From the NCBI GenBank assembly GCA_965224485.1, contig CBDCZH010000010.1:32001-96000 (forward strand): a stretch of DNA of 64,000 nt, written 5' to 3'. The first letter of the stretch is position 1, and each line of letters opens with the position of its first letter. Under the pieces are notes generated by a model, which did no database searches, had not been told where the DNA came from, and worked only from the letters and a program-made list of their open reading frames with translations. This DNA comes from Arcobacteraceae bacterium (GTDB lineage: Bacteria > Campylobacterota > Campylobacteria > Campylobacterales > Arcobacteraceae). The position numbers were made by a program, and so were the translations under genes. Shown in pieces: positions 58,534 through 64,000 of the stretch.

Positions 58534-60747
58534 CTACCTACTTGCAGCATAAATATTTATTCTTTTTATTTCCTTATAATCTTCTTTTTCTTTTACATTT
58601 TCTGCAAATATTTTTATATTTAATAAATCACATAAATCCTGCATTGATTCAATAAATACTTTCTTTCCTTCATCTTTATAAATTCCATTAGTATAATCTC
58701 TTGATAATCTAATATAATTAAGATTTAATTCTTTAATTGTATCAAGTGGAATAAATTTTGATTCAAATCTTTTAATAAGTATTTTTGAATTATTTTTATG
58801 TACTAAAGAAGCAAAGCTTTGAAACTTTTTAATATCTTTAGCAACAGCATAACTTGGCATAGAAAATACTATTTGAGAAGTGATATGTTTATTTTGACTT
58901 AAAATTTCTTCTAACCATATATTAAAACTTGAGTGTTGAATTGAATCTTGTGAAATATTAATTGAAATCTCATGAGTAATATTACTTTGTTTTATATATT
59001 TAAGTACTTTTTGAATAACTGCTTTGTCAAGATCAACTATTTTATTGTATTTTTCAGCAATAGATATAAACGTTCCTATTTGTATAAGTTCTTTATTCTT
59101 ATCAAATGCTTGAGTAAAAGCTTCTTGCATAACTAAAGAAGAATTATCTTCTAAGGTATGGGCATCCCCAATATATGTAAGTTGGAATTTTAAATTATCA
59201 ACAATATCAAAAATAAGTTCTTTCCAGTCATCCATATCTCTTGAAGTATCTTGTTCATCCATAATATAAGCTGAGTTAGGACCTATTTGTTTAGCTGCCT
59301 CACAAGCTTCATTTGAAGCTAGTAGCATCTGAGGTATAGTTTTAGTTGGATTAAAATTACAAACACCAATATGGGCAATATTACTAGAGTGGCTCTCTTT
59401 ACTAAATTTTTCAAACTCTTTTTGTAAGTATTTGTTTAAATTAGTTATTTGCTCTTTTGTACAATTTTTAACTAACATTGCAAACTCTGAACCAAAAAAT
59501 CTATATGGTAAAACTTCTACATCTATACAAGAATTAGTTTTGCTTAAAATATTTGCAAACTCTTTTATAAAAACATCTACTTTTTCACTTCCATGATCTT
59601 TTGCATAAGCAGCTAAAGAGTGCATTTTGATATTTAAAATATAACCATTTGTTTTTAACATAAACATATGATTTAAATCAGTTTCAAATGTTTGCTTAAG
59701 TTCTAAACCAGTTAGTTCATCACAAGATATTTTTTTAGACATATTATTTATATTAGAATTTAATTTTTTAATCATGCCTTCAATCTTTATTGACATTTCA
59801 TTCATAGATATTGCAACATTTTTAATTTCAGTAGTATAAGGTAACTTCTTTATAGTGGAAAAATTACCTTTTGAGATATTTATTGCTAGAGTTTCTATAT
59901 TTTTTAGTGGTTTTAAAATATATTGCAAGAAAAAAACTAAAAATAGTATAGAAATTACAAATGCTAATAGGGCATAAAGTAAAGCTGCTTTTGCTTGTTC
60001 ATAAAGTTTTGCATAAGCATCTCCTGCATTAGCAGATACATAAATAATAGAACTAGTATTCCAACCATCAGAAATCTCACTGTTTTTTTCAATCATTGTA
60101 AGAGGAAAAAGATCAATAAACCATTGTGGAATATAATCAAACTTTTCATTTCTAGAAACTTTTACTAAAATCTTAGACATATTTAATAAAACTTGTTTTT
60201 TTAATACAAGATTATCAGCACTTGCAATAAAATCAATTTTTATCAAACCTTCTTTAAAGTTTTCATCTTTAGGAATAAAATTGTAGGTAATTATTTGACT
60301 ATTTGAACTTATAATTTCACTATCTTGTGTATCATTAAGTTCTTCTAATTCTTTAAAAATATCTTCACTTTCATTAAGGAGTTCAATTTTACCTATATTT
60401 TTACTTACATTTAATTTGGATATTACCCATGATTTATCATCATTTAATAAGGCTTTTTGAAGTAATTCTTCACTTGTAAAAGAAAAATCAATATCTTCTA
60501 ATCTAATTTCTTTGTAAAAACCTCTGTTTGCAATTGCTTTTATTATTGATTCAATTTCAAAATCTTTTTTATTCTTCATTAAAGATTTTAAACTCATTCC
60601 TAAAGATGTTGCTGTATCTTGTGCTTTTGTTGTTGACTCAATTTGTAAGTATTCTTTTGTATTTTGCATTGAAATTATAAAATTTCCTGTAAAAATCATT
60701 ACAAAGATAAATGATATTATTATATATAATTGTTTTGCCAAAGACAT
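58534..60747 (-). CDS. lapD: LapD-like c-di-GMP receptor (LapD/MoxY periplasmic + HAMP + degenerate GGDEF/EAL)
   Basis: MSLAKQL, AQDTATSLG, IPQWF, SDGW; HAMP; GGDEF as FGSEF; EAL as QEAF, no DDFG; adjacent to lapG. Confidence 0.85.
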   Translation of the reverse strand: MSLAKQLYIIISFIFVMIFTGNFIISMQNTKEYLQIESTTKAQDTATSLGMSLKSLMKNKKDFEIESIIKAIANRGFYKEIRLEDIDFSFTSEELLQKALLNDDKSWVISKLNVSKNIGKIELLNESEDIFKELEELNDTQDSEIISSNSQIITYNFIPKDENFKEGLIKIDFIASADNLVLKKQVLLNMSKILVKVSRNEKFDYIPQWFIDLFPLTMIEKNSEISDGWNTSSIIYVSANAGDAYAKLYEQAKAALLYALLAFVISILFLVFFLQYILKPLKNIETLAINISKGNFSTIKKLPYTTEIKNVAISMNEMSIKIEGMIKKLNSNINNMSKKISCDELTGLELKQTFETDLNHMFMLKTNGYILNIKMHSLAAYAKDHGSEKVDVFIKEFANILSKTNSCIDVEVLPYRFFGSEFAMLVKNCTKEQITNLNKYLQKEFEKFSKESHSSNIAHIGVCNFNPTKTIPQMLLASNEACEAAKQIGPNSAYIMDEQDTSRDMDDWKELIFDIVDNLKFQLTYIGDAHTLEDNSSLVMQEAFTQAFDKNKELIQIGTFISIAEKYNKIVDLDKAVIQKVLKYIKQSNITHEISINISQDSIQHSSFNIWLEEILSQNKHITSQIVFSMPSYAVAKDIKKFQSFASLVHKNNSKILIKRFESKFIPLDTIKELNLNYIRLSRDYTNGIYKDEGKKVFIESMQDLCDLLNIKIFAENVKEKEDYKEIKRINIYAASR

Positions 60748-60756
60748 GTTTTCTCC

Positions 60757-61404
60757 TTAAATTCTATTCATAAGATCTTTCCAAGATCTTAAATTATTTC
60801 TACCAATTTTGATAGAACTCTTACCTTTATTCTTAGCTTTCCATAAACCTGTTGCATTAAAACTATAAACTGGTTTTAAATCTTTTCTTTTTGTTGCTAG
60901 TTTTAACTTTTTATTAACATTATCTAAAACAATTGGGGTTGAGTTTGCTTTGTGATAATAAGTTAATACCATATGTGCTTGTTCATATTTTGTTCTTTTT
61001 TGTAATAGTTTTACATAAGTAATACGAAGTTTCTTATCTGGTATACCTAACTCTCTTAAAGTAAAGTATTTAGCAATAGCATAATCTTCACAATCTCCAG
61101 CTCCTGTTCCTAAAAACTCAAAAGGAGAAGCCCAATAATCTTTTTTTTTCCAGTGTTTTATATCTCTTTTGTATTTTATCTTATTAAAGAAATTATTTAC
61201 TGTTTTTAACTTTTCTAGGGTTGATTTGTCTTTTGTAGTTTGTAAAATTTTATCCCAAATTAAAATTCTTTTTTTAGCTTGAGGACCATATTTTTTACTA
61301 AAAGAGTTTAGTTTTTTTTGTGATATATTAAATGTTCTTTTTGCGCCTAGAGAAGAGATGAATATAGATATTATTATGGCACATATAAAAACTCTAAGTT
61401 TCAT
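60757..61404 (-). CDS. lapG: LapG-like transglutaminase-like cysteine protease
   Basis: VNNFFN, DYWASP.EF, GDCEDYAIAKYF, HMVL, VLDN, DLKPVYSFN. Confidence 0.9.
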   Translation of the reverse strand: MKLRVFICAIIISIFISSLGAKRTFNISQKKLNSFSKKYGPQAKKRILIWDKILQTTKDKSTLEKLKTVNNFFNKIKYKRDIKHWKKKDYWASPFEFLGTGAGDCEDYAIAKYFTLRELGIPDKKLRITYVKLLQKRTKYEQAHMVLTYYHKANSTPIVLDNVNKKLKLATKRKDLKPVYSFNATGLWKAKNKGKSSIKIGRNNLRSWKDLMNRI

Positions 61405-61420
61405 ATAAACATCCTATTGT

Positions 61421-61453
61421 AAGAAAACTAGTAAGACTTTAAGTCTTACTAGT
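61421..61453 (-). terminator. Perfect inverted repeat/terminator after the MFS gene
   Basis: ACTAGTAAGACTT-T-AAGTCTTACTAGT (61427-61453), followed on the minus strand by TTTCTT. Confidence 0.7.
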
Positions 61454-61463
61454 ATATTTAAAA

Positions 61464-62777
61464 CTATTTTAACTTGTTCTTAAGTTCTTCAAGAGATAAT
61501 TTATCTTGCTCATATTTAACAATAAGAATTTGTTCATTATCATTGATATACCATTCTTCAACAGCATCTTCATCATGTAAAGCTTCAAATTTATCTTTGT
61601 TAACTTCATCTAAAGATATATACAAGATTTGTTTTTTCAAAGGATTCGGAATTGTAAAAATTAAAACTGCCCATAATAAACAAACAACAGCAATTACTAC
61701 TACAATATCATTTAATGAAATACTTTCATAAAAAACACCACCTATAACTCCACCTAAGAATGTACCTAAATAACCAAAAGAGTTAAAAATAGCTAGGGTA
61801 AAACCTCTTTGATGTACTTTTGCAAATTTTGTTGCTAAAGATTGCATAATTGGTTCGTGCATATTAAAACCAATAAAAAATACAACAACTCCAATCGCAA
61901 ACATTGTTGATGTCGTTGCTGTTCCTATTATTAAATAAGAAATTGCGAAAAAGATAACACCAATAATAAGTATTTCTTTAAACTTTCCTTTTTTCTCTGC
62001 AATAATAGCAGCAGGTGCCATTGCTAAAATTCCAAAAACCATGGCTGGTAAATATACTTGCCATAAATCTTTTAAATCCCAAGAAAATGTTTTGATCAAA
62101 ACCATAGGAATAATCATAAATGCAAAAGTCATTAAACCTTTTTGCAAAAAGTTAGTGATATTCATTTTTATTAAATTTGAGTTAAAGAATACATCTTTAA
62201 ACTTTGATTTTCCATTATATGAATGTGTTATTTTTGGTGGGTTTGGTACTTTTTTTATCAAAATATAAATTGATACAATAGCCATAAATGCTGTTGCGTA
62301 AAATAGTGTTGACACACCTAAATATGCACCAATTGTAGGACCTGCCAACATTGATATTGCAAAAGACATACCAATAAATGAACCCATTATTGCCATAGCT
62401 TTAGGTCTTTGCTCTTCTTTTACTAAATCACTTATCATGGCAGTTACAACAGCTGCAATTGCACCAGAACCTTGTAAAAATCGCCCAAGAAGCATAAAAT
62501 AAATATCATCAGAGATAGCACAGACGATTGAACCAATTGCAAATAAGAGAAGACCTGTTATTATTGTGCCTTTTCTTCCTAACTTATCACTCATAAGTCC
62601 AAATGGTATTTGAAAAATCATTTGAGTAAGTGCATATCCACCAATTACTAAACCAACTAATGTAGTAGTTGCTCCTTGTAATTGTATTGCGTAAACAGAT
62701 AGTATTGGTAATACTAAAAACAGACCTAAAAAGCGTAAAGCTATAATAGATGAAAGAGGTAAGATTAATTTAAACAT
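61464..62777 (-). CDS. MFS transporter (YajR-like)
   Basis: RFLGLFLVLP, SDKLGRK, GRFLQGSGAI, 12 TMs plus a small C-terminal soluble domain; start set at ATG 62777. Confidence 0.9.
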   Translation of the reverse strand: MFKLILPLSSIIALRFLGLFLVLPILSVYAIQLQGATTTLVGLVIGGYALTQMIFQIPFGLMSDKLGRKGTIITGLLLFAIGSIVCAISDDIYFMLLGRFLQGSGAIAAVVTAMISDLVKEEQRPKAMAIMGSFIGMSFAISMLAGPTIGAYLGVSTLFYATAFMAIVSIYILIKKVPNPPKITHSYNGKSKFKDVFFNSNLIKMNITNFLQKGLMTFAFMIIPMVLIKTFSWDLKDLWQVYLPAMVFGILAMAPAAIIAEKKGKFKEILIIGVIFFAISYLIIGTATTSTMFAIGVVVFFIGFNMHEPIMQSLATKFAKVHQRGFTLAIFNSFGYLGTFLGGVIGGVFYESISLNDIVVVIAVVCLLWAVLIFTIPNPLKKQILYISLDEVNKDKFEALHDEDAVEEWYINDNEQILIVKYEQDKLSLEELKNKLK

Positions 62778-62882
62778 ATTTATTTCCAACTTTTGTTAAA
62801 ATGTTGGGGATTATATAATAAAAGTAGTTAATAAGTATTAAAAATAAAAAGTAATGACAAATAATGACAAAAAAGGTATAAA

Positions 62883-63476
62883 ATGAAAATAGTATTAGCC
62901 TCAAATAATAAGGGTAAAATAACTGAATTTAAGAAATTACTAAAAGGTGTAGATGTTGTAGCTTATTGCGAAATATTAGGCTCTTATGAAGTTATAGAAG
63001 ATGGAAAAACATTTAAGCAAAATGCTATTAAAAAAGCAAAAGAGATTTATGAAAAAATTGCAGATGATGAAATCATTGTTATTTCTGATGATTCTGGAAT
63101 ATCTGTTCCTCTTTTAGGAAATGAACCAGGTATTTATTCCGCAAGATATGCCAAAGTAGGGGCAAGTGATAAGCAAAATAATAAAAAACTTATTGAAAAA
63201 TTAAATGATTTGGGAGTTGAAAGAACAGCTGCTTATTATACTGCTTGTATATGTATAGTTTATAAAAATGAAGTTTTTACTGTACATGGGTGGATGTATG
63301 GTGAAGTTATAAATAAAGAAATTGGTTCTGGTGGTTTTGGATATGATCCTATGTTTATTGAAAAAAATCAAACACAAACTTTGGGTGAATTAGGATATGA
63401 AATCAAAAAAGAATTTTCGCATAGGACAAAAGCTTTAGGACTTGCAAAAAAGATTTTAGACCTTATTCATAAATAG
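62883..63476 (+). CDS. rdgB: Non-canonical purine NTP pyrophosphatase (RdgB/HAM1)
   Basis: [29 protein letters not shown]. Confidence 0.95.
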   Translation: MKIVLASNNKGKITEFKKLLKGVDVVAYCEILGSYEVIEDGKTFKQNAIKKAKEIYEKIADDEIIVISDDSGISVPLLGNEPGIYSARYAKVGASDKQNNKKLIEKLNDLGVERTAAYYTACICIVYKNEVFTVHGWMYGEVINKEIGSGGFGYDPMFIEKNQTQTLGELGYEIKKEFSHRTKALGLAKKILDLIHK

Positions 63477-63658
63477 TAGATTTCTTCTTCTTTAAAACTA
63501 TAATATTTTATTATTCAAAATTAGTTTTAAATAAAAAAGAATATTTATTTGTAGTTATATAAGTAAAACTTATATTATTTTAAATATCATATAAGTTAAT
63601 GTATCTTATACTTTTATAAGTAATAGTAATATAGCTATTCAAAATAAAGGGAAAAGAT

Positions 63659-64000
63659 ATGAAAAAATATTTATTTAGTATAATTTTGTTATTAGCTTTT
63701 TTATCACCAAATATTTTAAGTGCAAAAGACGCTAAAGGTTTAAATGTTGTTTTAACTGCAAAAAATGAACAAACTCAAATGATGGCTATGGTTTTAGCTA
63801 TGAAAACTCTGGAAGCTTCTAAAGAAGTAAGAATGACTCTTTGTGCTAGTGCCGGACATCTAGCCTTAAAAAGTTTTAATAGTACAAAAATGAAGCCTAT
63901 GAATAAATCAGCTAAAATGTTGTTACAAGCTATTATAAAAAAAGGTGCTATTATTAGTATTTGTCCTTTGTTTTTGCCAAATGTAAATAAAAATAAGTTT
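63659..64000 (+). CDS. Exported DsrE-like protein, 5' part only; runs off the window end
   Basis: Not in ORF track. MKKYLFSIILLLAFLSPNILSA-KDAKGLNVVLT...QTQMMAMVLA...LCASAG.LA...LLQAIIKKGAIISICPLFLPN. Confidence 0.65.
   Translation, partial: MKKYLFSIILLLAFLSPNILSAKDAKGLNVVLTAKNEQTQMMAMVLAMKTLEASKEVRMTLCASAGHLALKSFNSTKMKPMNKSAKMLLQAIIKKGAIISICPLFLPNVNKNKF

Noticed and set aside
1912..62268. Short ORFs antisense to or nested in long genes (e.g. 1912-2103, 3949-4257, 12439-12678, 13335-13613, 17230-17508, 26887-27180, 37379-37663, 44006-44356, 52934-53419, 57482-57700, 62041-62268)
   Set aside because: Shadow frames of well-supported genes, with no RBS or recognisable motifs
1..64000. Mobile elements, prophage, anti-phage defence genes, rRNA
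   Set aside because: No transposase, integrase, phage or rRNA signatures. The NTase-nuclease pair lacks CBASS or toxin-antitoxin context and sits in a transport locus.

Overview
Very AT-rich bacterial chromosome segment. Gene content and order (epsilon-type Mqo, nifU-hyp-murE, rpsB-tsf-ABC-acidic protein-gmk, cytochrome c553, ccoI/ccoS) point to Campylobacterota, most likely Arcobacteraceae; this is inferred, not tested. Much of it is core genome: ileS, valS, murE, rpsB, tsf, gmk, hemH, rdgB, a UvrD-family helicase and a duplicated Lys-Glu-Val-Asp tRNA operon (8 tRNAs). Accessory or poorly understood modules: (1) a carboxylate/acetate-uptake locus with two sodium:solute symporter/small-membrane-protein pairs flanking a cNMP-CBS-nucleotidyltransferase and a DEDDh exonuclease, next to an sCache two-component system, with a shared TAGCA-N6-TAGCA box upstream of both transporter pairs; (2) a short MoxR/DUF58/VWA operon; (3) the AmmeMemoRadiSam trio behind hemH; (4) a tpx-nnrS-msrPQ stress cluster followed by a NIT/CZB chemoreceptor; (5) lapG-lapD, with an enlarged LapD periplasmic domain, beside an orphan RND pump. 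The ORF track misses or mis-starts several genes: a 33-aa membrane ORF coupled to ileS, an 8-Cys probably leaderless ORF, a 246-aa ORF that appears to start at ATT, and partial genes at both window ends. Two C-free octamer arrays (KTARGTTN) sit in separate intergenic regions. I found no mobile element, prophage, rRNA or CRISPR array. All family calls come from motif recognition by eye; no database searches were run.
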